From Tubulanus polymorphus (Eukaryota > Animalia > Nemertea), in the NCBI RefSeq assembly GCF_964204645.1, contig NC_134032.1, positions 186,001 through 250,000 of the forward strand: 64,000 bases of DNA. Direction: 5' to 3'. The notes below the pieces were generated by a model that did no database searches, was not told where the DNA came from, and was given only the letters and a program-made list of their open reading frames with translations. The position numbers and the translations under genes are program-made. Below are positions 50,001 through 62,939 of this stretch, in pieces; position 1 is the stretch's first letter, and every line of letters starts with the position of its first letter.

Positions 50001-53000
50001 GATGACTATTGGGATATAGTGGAAACGTTGAATAAACTACACTAGCTCAAGGAAACATTTCAGACTCTTTTTATTCTTAGTGCGCAGGGATTTTATATTA
50101 TCTTTACAACACGAACTCAGAGTGTTTCATTAATGGTTATAATGAGGACAACATCAGTATTCCTGAAGATGACTATTAGGATATAGTCGAAACGTTGAAT
50201 AAACTACACTAGCTCAAGGAAACATTTCGGACTCTTTTTATTCTTAGTGTGCAGGGATTTTATATTATCTTTACAACACGGACTCAGAGTGTTTCATCAA
50301 TGGTTATAATGAGGACAACATCAGTATTCCTGAAGATGACTATTAGGATATAGTGGAAACGTTGAATAAACTACACTAGCTCAAGGAATACAGTATTCCT
50401 GAAGATGACTATTAGGATATAGTCGAAACGTTGAATAAACTACACTAGCTCAAGGAAACATTTCAGACTCTTTTTATTCTTAGTGTGCAGGGATTTTATA
50501 TTATCTTTACAACACGGACTCAGAGTGTTTCATCAATGGTTATAATGAGGACAACATCAGTATTCCTGAAGATGACTATTAGGATATAGTGGAAACGATG
50601 AATAAACTACACTAGCTCAAGGAAACATTTCAGACTCTTTTTATTCTTAGTGTGCAGGGATTTTATATTATCTTTACAACACGGACTCAAACCTCATTTC
50701 CGTTACTGGTTTTGATCGCCGGTTTCGTTGGCTGGGGCGACGGTCGACTGTAGCCCAACAACTGCAGCATGGCCTCGGCCGCGTTACGCTTGGCTAACTT
50801 TTTATTCGGCCCGATACCGGGCGCCACGTTCACGCCAACAGTCACCTGAAAACAAACAAATACCCGCAAATAAACATCATTAAACTTTTTAGAGGGATTC
50901 GACATCGAAACAGAAGTATATACTAATTCTTTTAGAAAAATATATAGATTGTAACAACTATATGTAAGGTGACAGCTACAGCCTGATTGGCCAGATGCCC
51001 ACATATCAAACAATGAAATGCGCAAAACCGTGAACACGTGTCTCTGCGCAAAACGCGTTTAAGTCGCGATTTTTGCAGCGAGCATTTCGTTAGCTTTGTG
51101 GATACACCAAAATACTTAATAATCGCGTTTTATTCGCCGCCAAATGGGAGGTTTTATCTAGGCTAGTGTACTGTAAATACACACAGAGTTTCAATTTTTC
51201 AAACCTCCCTTCCCTTCATTCGCATAATTGGCCATTCTTCATAAATATTAACGATTATATTTGCACCGATTCGACTCCCGTGAAGTGTCTGCTCTCTATC
51301 ACTGACCTGCATAACGAACTCTCTACGTCGCGGTAACCCTCGTTCCTCGACCAGTGTATAAACCGGTTCTCGTTCTTTCTTTGCCTGTTGTATCTGTATG
51401 AGTCGACTGATCGGGTTGATACCGACGCCGTATCCAGGGTCCGCCTTCTGCATCTTAATCAGATTGCGATTCTTCTTTTTGTTGCCGGGCAACGGCTGCG
51501 TCGAGAAAACGATTAAAATACGTTTCGTTAATGAAAGAACTGAGTTTGTATACATAACTTCCCCCTCCCTAACTATTCAATGAGATCTAGGAAAATTGGG
51601 AGTCGGGGACCAGTTGCACAGTGGTCTTCAATCTTAAGACTGGTTTTAAGTTGTTAGATTGGTTATAGAACCAAAATGAGCTTAGACTGGTCTAAAGTTG
51701 TTAGATTGGTTATAGAACTAAAATGAGTTTAGACTGGTCGCAAGTTGTTAGATTGGTTATAAAACTAGGTTGGTCTTAGACTGGACTTTAGTCTAAGCTG
51801 TGCAACCGGGGCCCAGTTGCACAGTCCTAAATTAGGTTCAAAAATGGTCTTAAATCTTGAGAAAAGGGGGCAACCTCAAAATAGGGGTCCACACCTCGGA
51901 AAATACCGCCAAACTATTCAACACCATCCCGAACAGACGGATGTGCTTACCGGCCTCGGTTTCGGTCGCGTCGGTACCATCGCCGGCGGCAACGGAGGTA
52001 GTTTTCGCAGCTCCTCGAGCATCTTCTCGGCCGCGCGTTTCTTCGAGATCTTCTTACCGTTGCCGTCGCCGTCTCGCGCGATGTCGCCGACGAGGCATCG
52101 CGTGCGGAACGTGCGCATGTGCGGCGGACCGGTCTCACTAATCACCTCGAAGTTTACCGATAGTTTACGCTTCAACGCGATCTCGTGCACGAGACTGATC
52201 TCTGATTTCAGCTCGTCGTTTCGTTCCTCTTCGGTCATCGTCGTTACGGCAACAGCGGCAGACGTCTGCAACGTCGGCTCGTCTACAACGTGAAGATCGA
52301 GATCATGAAATTCCAGTTTTCCAGGAAAAGCCCTTAACCCTTTCTTTCAGTGAGTCTACACCGCAGTGCGGTGTATAAATTGGTGATAGATTTTGCTAGT
52401 ACACCGCACTGCGGTGATGTAATTCATAAACGTTTCCATCTCTTATGAAAGATGGCAGCACCTGTCAAACACAGATAGAAATAAGTAACAATAAATTACT
52501 AGAAATAAATAACTAACAATGCACCGCATTGCGATGTAGACGCATTTTAGCTGATGCCTGTTATTTGATGTAATGGGCTGGAATTTTTGGTATTGATGTA
52601 ATTAGTAATTAGTATTTATGTCAATTGAAAGACACGGTCAACCCTTTCAGTGCGTCTACACCGCAGTGCGGTGTATAAATCAGTGATGGATTTTACTAGT
52701 ACATCGCACTGTATTCCTCAGTATTTCTCGTTGTAAAACAGTAACAGATACCGATAATCAGGAACGGTTGCCAGCTTTCTGGTCAGTCGTTTAAGGATAT
52801 AAGGAGTTTCCGAGGATTTTTAAAGGAAAAAATTTCAATTTTTGAGGAAGCGTCTGCATCACTTTCATATCCCAATTACAGTAAACTCCTCCTAAATCGG
52901 AACTGTTTATCTCAGTAAACTATTTAATTCAGTGGTTTTATATGCAGATTTTTATCCTATACCCTATGAACTCGTTTTCTAATTTGGCAACCATCTAATT

Positions 53001-55638
53001 ATTGGGTAAAAATAAATCCAGGTCCCAAATTCTCAAAATTCAAGGAGTTTTAAAGTATTTTCTGACATTTTGTTCAAATTAAAAGAGTTTCCAGCTACTT
53101 TTAAAGTATTTTGCCTTTAAAAGGAGTTTTTAATGAACTGAGGGGTCGTAGGGACCCCGATGAAAATACGATTACCTTCCGATTTCGTCAAGTTCTCGTC
53201 AGGCGGAACCGGTAAAGCTATCAGTATTTTCAGCGCTTTGTCAGCGGCGCAGTGCCGCGCGGCTTGGCGTGTCGGACCCTCGCCGATGAACTCGCGTTGC
53301 CCGACCTTCAGCGACACGTAGAACACACGCGGTAGTCGCGGGTAGTGGTAACGTTGGTTGTACATGCCGCGGTAGTCGTAATTCGGCGGCGGGTAGTACT
53401 GCGGTCGGTGCGGTTCGATCGTCTGGTAGACGGCCGGTTCACCACGTTTCATCGCGATCGCGTTTAACTCGACCGTCGGAGTGATGTTGTTAGCCGATAC
53501 GTACACTGCGCGGAATAAAACAGAGAGGGAAAATCGATCATCGTAAATATCGAACCCTCGATCGGCAATTACCTCACAATTCAAGGATTAATCAAAATAC
53601 AAAGAAGTTTAACATTGACAGGGGTCCCACAAATCAGTTATTCCAGGATCCAGTTTCACAAAAAGGATTAAGGCCTAAATCGATCCAAGATAAACTGAAT
53701 TAATGAAGAAATTAAATCGATTTAAGAGTTAAACCTGTTCGTGAAACTGTGAGTTAGAGTTAACTGTGAACTCAGGATCCCGTTCCACAGTTGTGAGTTA
53801 GAGTTAACACTGAACTCAGGATCCAGTTATTCAGTTGTTTTCAATGTGTTAACCCAGAGTCAAATCTTAACTCAGAACAGTGGAACTAGATCCTGAAGCC
53901 TAAAGCCTAGCGCACATCGACACTGCGATCGGAGACAACTAGTTGCTACCGAACGATTACCCCGCGCACATCGAAATCTAGTTACAACCGGTCAGTTGCA
54001 GCAACTGCATGGCGCGTGTCGATCGTCGAAATCCAGAGCGCGCACATCGACGGATATGACTGCGATTGAGTACAACCAGTTGCTCAAAAGTAGAACATGG
54101 GCAACTGACTGGAACTGGAGATAGATCGACGCTTACCAATCGTAAGCTCGCTCACATCGACACATTCAAGCAACTGATCGTATCCAGCCAGTTGCTCTCA
54201 TGCGCCGAAAACTGCCTTGCAACTAGTTGTCTCCAATCGCACTGTCGATGTGCGCTAGGCTTAAGATTTTTCAAGGAGAAAATTTTAAATTTCGAGAGGT
54301 GTATGGATCACTTTCATATCTCGATTACAGCGTAATTTCCCAAATTTAGAAATGATCAGAATCCATGAAAAAAATCAATTCTTCAATTAACGGAAAGGAA
54401 TTTTTTAAGGAGTCAAATTGCAGTATGAACTGTGCAAGGATAGGGTTTCAGGCCAACGATAAGCGGACAATAATGCGACCTGACTTACGGTTCTGATTGT
54501 AGGCCCGCGGTGGTTTGGGTGGGGGGTGTTTATATGTAGTTTTCTGAAGGGCGGTCTCGGCGGCTGAGTGTTGAGCTTTCTTGATGCTGGCGCCCGACGA
54601 GTCGTACTCCTCTTCACCGAGTTTCAACTTGACGAAGAATGTTTTCTTGTGCGCCGGTCCCGTTTCATCTACCAAGGTGTACTGGTGTTGTATCTGTGAG
54701 ACAGGAGGAAATATATGAGATCTATACAAAATCTTTAGAAATCATTTTTGCAGCCTGGAACCTGCAACCGTTCAGACAATATGGCACCCTTTTAAACGAT
54801 CTTCTGCCTGGAACCACCCCTCCAGACAACCCATTCACCCTGGAAGCACCCCTCCAGAAAACCCATTCACCCTGGAACCACCCCTCCAGAAAACCCATTC
54901 ACCCTGGAACCACCCCTCCAGAAAACCCATTCACCCTGGAAGCACCCTTTTCATACAATCTTCAGCCTGGAGCCATCCTTTCAGACAATCTACATCCTGG
55001 AGCCAGCCCTTAAAACAATTTTCAGCCTGGAGCCGCCCTCATGGCAGTAACTAGTGAAGTCAGTGTTTTCAGTAAGAGCCAGGTCCCAGGTCCCAGACCC
55101 GTCTGTCGTTTGTAAAGGACCCGCCTGTTTTTTCAAACCAGCTTTCGTTTCAGGGACTGTGACATATAATGGGACCCTCTTGTTCATCAAAGGGACCTGG
55201 CTTATTAATTTCTTATTGAAAACACTGGAAGTGTGGACAAACAGTAAATTTCTCGAACACTACCGACACGTAAACATCCCTAAAAACGACGATTACCTTG
55301 TTATATCGTGCCAGTTCATTAATAAGACACATCGGGGTTTTTTCTTTTGTGTTTGCCAACGGAGAGTTAGACATCTGTTCAGACGCACCATTTAAAACCA
55401 TTCCCGCGCCGCCGCCACCGGCAATAATACCGCGCCCGTTGTGCGACGGCAACAACGGCTGCGTCGTCGCGTCCGTCTGCGACGGCATTACGTTGCCGTT
55501 CGATTGTTGCTGGTTGCCATAGGCGACTGCACCTACGATCATGCCTTTTGTCGGTGTGTTGTGATGTTGTTGAACTGCGGGCATCATCGCAGCCATGCTG
55601 GACGAGTTCGGCGATACTTTCAACGTTTTATTGGCCAT
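47012..55638 (-). CDS. stau: Double-stranded RNA-binding protein Staufen homolog (about 708 aa)
   Basis: Exons 55638-55297, 54693-54489, 53505-53176, 52282-51951, 51495-51307, 50845-50693, 49577-49361, 48480-48341, 47661-47486 and 47054-47012 are in frame (2127 nt). dsRBD motifs: [78 protein letters not shown], and [24 protein letters not shown]. Confidence 0.96.
48520..49341. repeat. 60-bp tandem array filling a Staufen intron
   Basis: ACTAATTATAATTTTACTGAATCGTCGAAGTCATTGACGATGAGAAGGCCCACATAAGTA repeated 13-14 times, nearly identical. Confidence 0.95.
49597..50689 (+). repeat. 167-bp hammerhead satellite array 4, antisense, filling a Staufen intron
   Basis: Monomer starts at 49752, 49821, 49988, 50155, 50322, 50391 and 50558, including two 69-bp short units. 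Confidence 0.9.
51605..51813. mobile_element. Harbinger-like MITE with internal 47-bp repeats
   Basis: GGGGACCAGTTGCACAG...CTGTGCAACCGGGGCCC. Confidence 0.6.
53904..54261. mobile_element. PIF/Harbinger (Tourist-like) MITE
   Basis: TAA|AGCCTAGCGCACATCGACA...TGTCGATGTGCGCTAGGCT|TAA; TIR of about 45 bp and a 3-bp TAA TSD. Confidence 0.85.
54794..55037. repeat. About 31-bp minisatellite
   Basis: CCTGGAACCACCCCTCCAGAAAACCCATTCA units. Confidence 0.8.
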
Positions 55639-55726
55639 CTTCTACTCGAAAATAAAATATCAACGATAAAAAACAGATCACAAAATTGTTAGATACATTA
55701 ATTGGGGGTACATTTAAAATATCAAA

Positions 55727-56025
55727 TACCCTTAAATCTAGTCCTAAACCTAACCCTTAAATCTAGTCCTTAACTTAACCCGTAAATCTAGTCCTAAGCC
55801 TAAACCCTTAAATCTAGTCATTAACTTAACCCTTATATCTAGTCCTAAGCCTAAACCCTTAAATGTAGTCCTAAACCTAACCCTTAAATCTAGTCCAAAA
55901 CCCAACCCTTAAATTAAACCCTTATATCCAGTCTTTAGCTCGGGTAAACCCTAAATATAGTCTTTAACTTAACCCTTAAATTTAGTCCTAAACCTCAAGC
56001 CGTAAATCTAGTCCTAAACCTAACT
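55727..56025. repeat. About 25-bp telomere-like degenerate array
   Basis: CCCTTAAATCTAGTCCTAAACCTAA repeated about 11 times. Confidence 0.8.
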
Positions 56026-56367
56026 AGATCTTAATCATATTTCGGGTGCATCATTGCACAGAGGTTTGTATTTGGTCAAACGTCCTTACAGACCCGGTCA
56101 AAACATCCGACCTCGCCGAGTGTTAATTATTATTCTGTGTGCAGAGCAGACGTAGGGCGAGGTTGTTTTTCACGGAGGGCTAAGAAGAAGTCTTCTTGAA
56201 TCTTCACGCAAGAATGTCTTCCAAGACGACTGTAATTCGTCGGTTCAAATATCGATTTTTCGAAATTTTCTCTTCTCAAAATCTCATTGCTTTTCAGCTT
56301 TAGCTCAGTTTTTTTTAAATTTTAAGTCAACAACAATTCACTAAGATAATTCACCCAGGATAATGAC

Positions 56368-56913
56368 TAATGTCTATTTATTAATGGATGAGACCTGTTT
56401 TTCTTGGATATTTTGCTTACTTTTTGGGGTACATACCTCATTTATGTCTTAACAGAATGCCAAAAATCGCGGACAACAACAGAATATCCAATATATTTCC
56501 AGTTCTGTACCAATTAGATGCATTGGCAAAAAGACTCCTTAAGTCCAATTGAATGAGAGAGAAAATCCTCCATTTTGTGAAATTTCTTGAATTTTTACAT
56601 TGTCACCATGCCTACGAAATGTAGTTATTTTTCTTGTGGGGTCTCAACAACTAAATCAGGGTGGCGTAGGCATGGTAACAATGTTCAAATCCAAGAAATT
56701 TGACAAAATGGAGGATTTTCTCTCTCATTCAACTGGACTTAAGGAGTCTTTTTGCCAATCCATCTAATTGGTACAGAACTGGAAATATATCAGATATTCA
56801 GTTGTTGTCCGCGATTTTTGGCATTCTGTTAAGACATAAATGAGGTATGTACCCCAAAAAGTAAGCAAAATATCCCAGAAAAACAGGTCTCATCAATTAA
56901 TAAATAGACATTA
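56368..56913. mobile_element. Foldback element / long inverted repeat
   Basis: 56368-56616 and 56665-56913 are near-perfect reverse complements around a 48-bp spacer. Confidence 0.88.
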
Positions 56914-58369
56914 CATGACTGATGACATGTCAAAATATCAATCCACTTTCCTCTCAAATGATAATTCGGAAATACGAAACGAGAACTCACTTTTTGTTCG
57001 GTATTGATTTTTAGGCTAGAAGTCGCGGGGTCGATGACGATTGTTTGATACAGAGTTTAACCAGGGAGATCAGCGGTTTATTGGCAAACAGTAAAGAAAA
57101 TGTCAGACTAACATGCGTTCATCATGTTGGCCTGCACCCAGAATAATACATACATAGAATACTGGTTACTCGTCGCAATGCTCCGTAGCCAGGTTGATAA
57201 GTACATGTGGCAAGTGAGTCTGAAGTTAGTTCGCGTTTTCGCCGCTATCGTTTATTCAAGAGGCAGCACTTGACGGCTAACCTTTGATCCACCGGCGTGT
57301 CTAGTATTTCCCAAAATGGACTTTAATCTACAACCTAGAAGTATGGAATTCCTCAAGGGCCATACGACTTACGAGTTACGATTTAGGACTAACGTCTTAC
57401 GAGTTATTATACATTTCCTTCAATACGTCACGACTTACGATTTACCGTTTACTCCAGTATCAAAATTAAATAAAAAAATTGTTTTCAGAGAATGAATGGT
57501 ATGGTAAAGAAGTCTTTGGCAGAATTTCAGAGGATCCGTTCTATGTCTCCCTCTATTGACACTGACACTGACAGGGCCTGTAGGCCTACACTGTTTTTTA
57601 AATCGTGATCAATTTATACAATAACCCTATAAAAGACCCGGCAGTGAAATGATTACTAATTTTATTATAACTAACCAAAATGACCCGGCCGCTGCGAAGA
57701 AACAAGGTATCATATTTGTTTAGCCTTGAACTTGGAATTATTTATGTCACCACTTCGGGGAAGCTATGCATTTATTTATGAGAAATAAAGCCAGAGGTTT
57801 TCATCAATAAATGTTAACGTTTTTATCCTTCGATTTCAATAGATTATTCTAAAATTTAAGAAAAAAAAACAGGCGGCGGCTAAATTAGGAGGGGCCGAGC
57901 TGTTGGGAATCAAGTAATTTATTTTTATGGCCTTATCAAAGTTCTACGATGGTTCAGCTGGCTACTGGCGCGTGTTCAACACGGCAGTTGAACCTTCGAT
58001 AACTCCATTCAACGATAAAGAGACACAATTGCGGTTTTTCAGAGTTTGTTGATACCATTCACACGCGCTATTGAACACAATTGTAATACGTCACCGGCTG
58101 ACCACAGTGTGTAAGCATAGGCGAGCTCATTCACCTCCGCTATCTCACACTGTGCAGACATGCTTCCGTGGATTCTCCTGGCGATCATGATCCTGGCGAT
58201 CTTCGCTGCGCTCCTGTTCCTGCTTCCTGAGGAACGACGTCTTTATGTTTTATGTGTTACTGTTTGTCTCCGTACTGTCCTGTACTGTTCTGTGTTAATT
58301 AACCCGTTCTATTTTTCAGGTTTTAACCCGTTTTATTTTTCAGGGCCGATTTCTCTGTCGAATTTAAAT

Positions 58370-59040
58370 GTTTGCTGGAACAAAACTAATGTCCGAAAGC
58401 GCCAGCTCTCCTTCGCCGGTCACGTGTCGAGGATGTCAGACAAAGAGTCAGTCAGGAAATGGCTGCCCTCTACACGCCCTCATACGGAACACGAAAACCA
58501 GGATGACGAGGCCTCACTCTCCCCACGTATCAACAGTGTGTGCTAGGTGACGTCAATGACGGACAGATCTGTGGGATTGTTTGCGGTAAAAATGGAGTGG
58601 TAACGCTGGACTGTCTTCTAGTATTCATTGATTCCTTTTCAGGAATTGCTTCAGACAAAGATTTAGTCTCGTCTTCCTTTGCGTTCTAGCATTCATTGAT
58701 TCCTTTTAAGGGATTGCTTCGGGCAGGGATTAATTTCCCTGTCTTCCTTTGAGTGTTAGTATTCATTGATTCCCAGTGGGTTGCTTCGGACGGGATTAAG
58801 TCTTGTCTTCCCTTGGGTGCTAGTGCCGGCAATCCAGTTGCGCTACTCTATTTTTGTCACAAGCACATGTGCAGGTTTGTCAGTTACTGACGTCACCCGG
58901 CACACCCTGTCGGTAAATGGTGAAAGTAAGGCGTCGTCATCCTGGTTTTCGCGTTCTGTGTGAGGGCGTGTAGAGAGCAGTATATTCCTGGCTGGCTCAT
59001 TGTCTGGTGTTCTCGGCACGTGACCGGCGACGGAGAGCTG
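58370..59040. mobile_element. Two inverted 3' fragments of an RTE-like non-LTR retrotransposon
   Basis: RKRQLSFAGHVSRMSD resembles the RTE C-terminal R-x-x-W/F-AGHV-x-RM motif. A diverged reverse-complement copy lies at about 58860-59040. Confidence 0.65.
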
Positions 59041-62000
59041 AAAAGCTTTCGAACATTAGTTTTGTTCCGTACCAGGTTTTCATCGCTCTTCTCTTTTTTT
59101 CATTTCAGGACTCCCAAGATGAAGAAGAAGATGCTGAAGGCGACTACAGAAGATGGCGAAAAAAGAACACTGAACTCAGCAATATTGAAAGTTAAGTTGA
59201 TACACATGTAAATTACGATGTATGATACAGAAAGGATTGTGTAACTACAGAATATCGTTCTTTTACTCATTTCAGGTTAATCCGGAAAGGCCCATCTAAA
59301 ATCTGCCCACCAGAAGTGCCCACAAAAGACTCCACCTTGAAGTACCAACAAACACCGAAAGACCAGCCGTACCCGAACCTGGCAGTCTCATCCTGCATGG
59401 CAACAGGAATGCATACAGACATAAAGCTAAGTTGATTTTTCATGTCTGGGGTAGAATGCATAGGCACTGGAGAGGATAGAGACGCTGGTCAAGCTCGCCA
59501 TCTCCGCACTACTTTATTGAGGCTCTGTGGCCCGTAGTAAATTGAAATATAGCTAGGGCAATGATTGCTTGAATATTTACAATATTAGACTTTGGTCTGA
59601 TAATTAAAATGTAGATTGGTCAGTTATTGATTAAAAGATTTTGTAAGTATGTACAATTAAGGTAAATTCAATATCTTATGTGACATTTGAAATTTTTCGA
59701 ATGTACCGTAGATATATCAGGCCTCATATGACTATTGTTTAACTGACAATCAAGATATAGATAGGACAATTTACTAATTAACCAATCACTTAGATATTAG
59801 CAATCATTCAATATCTTATAATGTTTGACGAGAAATTCTTCTGGTGTAGATATTTTAGGGCCCCGTATACATTTAGGCTGGCTTTACTTGTAAAGATATA
59901 TATCAATTAAACTTTATCGTCGGTTAATAGATTTTTTTACAAATAATATATTGATACATGTGTCATTTATAGTCATTTATAAACATTCAGGCACTTTACA
60001 GTATATATTATATGCTGCTTTACCCATCGCATTAATGAATTTCTGGGGGAAAGATGTATAAAATATTGTCTAGGGCTCTATCGAGATCTGGTGTAATATG
60101 GGGATAACTATGGACTGTGGGTTTTTCAGAAACCTTGATTAGGTCTCGGCACTTTGACAAATCTAGAATAAAACAAAGCTTTAATTGGTTCAAATCATTC
60201 CCAACATCCATACTCTGTGCCTTGTTTTGCGCTATGATTAATGTTTAACTGAACATTATCATATATAGCTAGGAAAAATTGCTCATTAACCAATTGCTTA
60301 GATATCAATAATTAATAAGAATTCAATATTTCTAAGATCAAAAAGTATTTATACGGTATGTAATACAGGTCCATAATATAAATGTCGTAAAACTGGAAAT
60401 TAAAATATAGCTGATATATGTATGAGCACATCTGAATCAGTCTCATCGACTGATCAGTATTTACATCTCCAACTGCCGTACTTATGGCAACTGGTCATGT
60501 TCTTCACAATTGCCAAAATTTACCTAAACCTAACTGATTCATCTAAAAGCCATACTGTGTGCCAAGTTACGCATAATAGATATTGCTTAACTGACAATTA
60601 GAATCAAAGGTGAATAACTCATTAATGTATTACTATAAGATATCTATGATTTAAAAGGTAAATTCAATATGTTATGTGAAATTGTTTTTAATTCAGGTCC
60701 ATGGACATTTAAAATGTAGCTGATACATGTGTATCTGAGCACATTTATTTATCTGTATCTAGTGAACCTATTGTGTCTTCATACAGCTGTATTAGTTTTG
60801 ATACATATTGCCAAAATCATTTAACGCAGATTTACTTCCGATCGAAGGGAGATAAAACAAATCTGTACGTGAACAAATACATTCCTGAATTTGGAAGGGA
60901 GAATATTTCAATTTCACTGTGTATGTCAGATTGAGAGCCTTATTCTGACAGGATATCCTTAACTTAGGTCTTATTCCTCTTGCTAATAGCTCTCTTTTAC
61001 TAACCCCTCTCCTTCAAACTATTTTCTAGCATCATGTCTTGCACCGCACCAGGGAGGTCCGGTCATAACAAGGTCTTTCGGTCCTTATACACAGTGTACT
61101 ACTATAAAAGGGAAATAAAGATTATATAGCAAATCGGCTTTAAGGGAATTTCTAATTTACCGCTAAAAATGTGCTTTTATCTTAATTTCTGATGAATTCA
61201 AATAGGCTAGTGATGAATTCACCACATCTGAAATTCTACTCGTGTAGATTTTCAGGCTCCATGTTCAACTGACTATTAAGATGTAGCTAGTATGATGACT
61301 AATTAACGGATTGCTTAGATATCTAGAAGATTAATTAAAATTAATTCAATGTAATGAATATAAGTGAAAATAATTTAAAAAATAGTGCAGTGGATGAGAC
61401 GACTGTATCGCGCAATGTCACCTGCGTCATAACTGGGCGACATGTGTGTGGGATCTGTTGAATCAGTTAGGTTTTGGTGAATTCTGGATTCATCAAACTA
61501 GATATCAAAAGCTCTGATGCAAAATTAGCATTTTGAAATAGTGATCAATCGAAACCAGATCTGAAATTCTTGTCGCGTAGAAATATCAAGCCCCGCATAA
61601 AATATTGTCAGAGACAATTTTGATTATAGCTAGGAAATTAATTGAGTGATTAGGTTTCTAAGATGAAGATTCATTCAGCATCTTCATATAAGGTAAAAGT
61701 GCTCAAATCTTAACCGTAGGGGCTGATACGAAACTTTATAATCTAATTGGTTGATATCTAAAGAATGCTGGGTGTGTTTAAACTCTGTACATCCTTTGTA
61801 CGTGGGATTTATTGAATCTTTTAGGCTTCGCAGAATTCTGGATTTGTCAAGGCGTTGGAATGATTCAAGGTTTCTTAAATCTGTAGAACCGTGTTGACCA
61901 GGATCAGTGTGCTCAATGCTGGCAGCGCACTATTCAGTCAGTTTAAACATCATGATTGCAAAGATCATTGTATATATTAGGAGCAATATTTAGAATTACT

Positions 62001-62939
62001 GAAATGGATTAGAATACCAATTACTGGATACAGATGTCACCATCTGTGGGTACTAGAAAACATCTCTTAAAGTTTATTAATTGACGATGAAGTTAATTTG
62101 ATAATACGAATATGGTTTAGCCGACAGTCAAAATGTATATAGGGCAATATTACTAACTGTATGATGGGCCTGGGTTTCAATAAAAGCCTACTGGCGCCTG
62201 GGTTTCAAAGAGAAAGAGATACATCAAGAATTAACGAAAATAAGTAGAATAACGATTTGATAAGATTTTATTATGCATTACTAAATATGTTGTAACTCTG
62301 GTATTCCTGAAGATGACTATAGATGCTTTAATCGAATTGCTGTTAAACTATAATAATCAACCATTGCTTAGATATCTAGAATATAGATGAATAACAGTTG
62401 AATTTCATATAAATATCATTTAATAATTGACTATTATCAAAATCTACGTATCGGTCCACATTGACGATCCTATATGTGAATTGACACGTTAATTATGATC
62501 AGTGATATTCGAAAGGATTTTCTGCTCACAAGATTCTGCTCTTTTTTTTAGCTAAACTACTAATCGACTAGTCATGAAATTTACAAATTGATCTTCAACC
62601 TTGTAATATAGATATCCATAATCTCGATGTATTAAAATAGGCAGAAAAAAAGTAAACCCCAATCAGTCGCTTTCGGACTGGTTGGAAGATTGTTTGAATG
62701 AACTGGAACAAAATTTCGCAATTGCGTGGATTTAAAGAAAGAAAATTATGTAAACTCGATCGCCGATCACGCAACTATATCTGTACTTCGATTTCCGATT
62801 TTGAAAAAAAACTGCATGTTTTGCTCCCGGCAGGTGTGGTGGGTTTGTAAGGGACACCAACTCAATTTACCAATCGCCCACAGAAATCAAACCAACTCGG
62901 ATGATCATCACCGATACTCAACCCAGCAATCTTGAAATG

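Noticed and set aside
58160-58546. 128-aa ORF with a hydrophobic N-terminus
   Set aside because: It is a low-complexity start fused to an RTE relic, with no coherent gene model.
59100-62700. Possible gene or degenerate repeats in AT-rich DNA
   Set aside because: Scattered splice-like sites and recurring short motifs are present, but no consistent reading frame or definable repeat unit.
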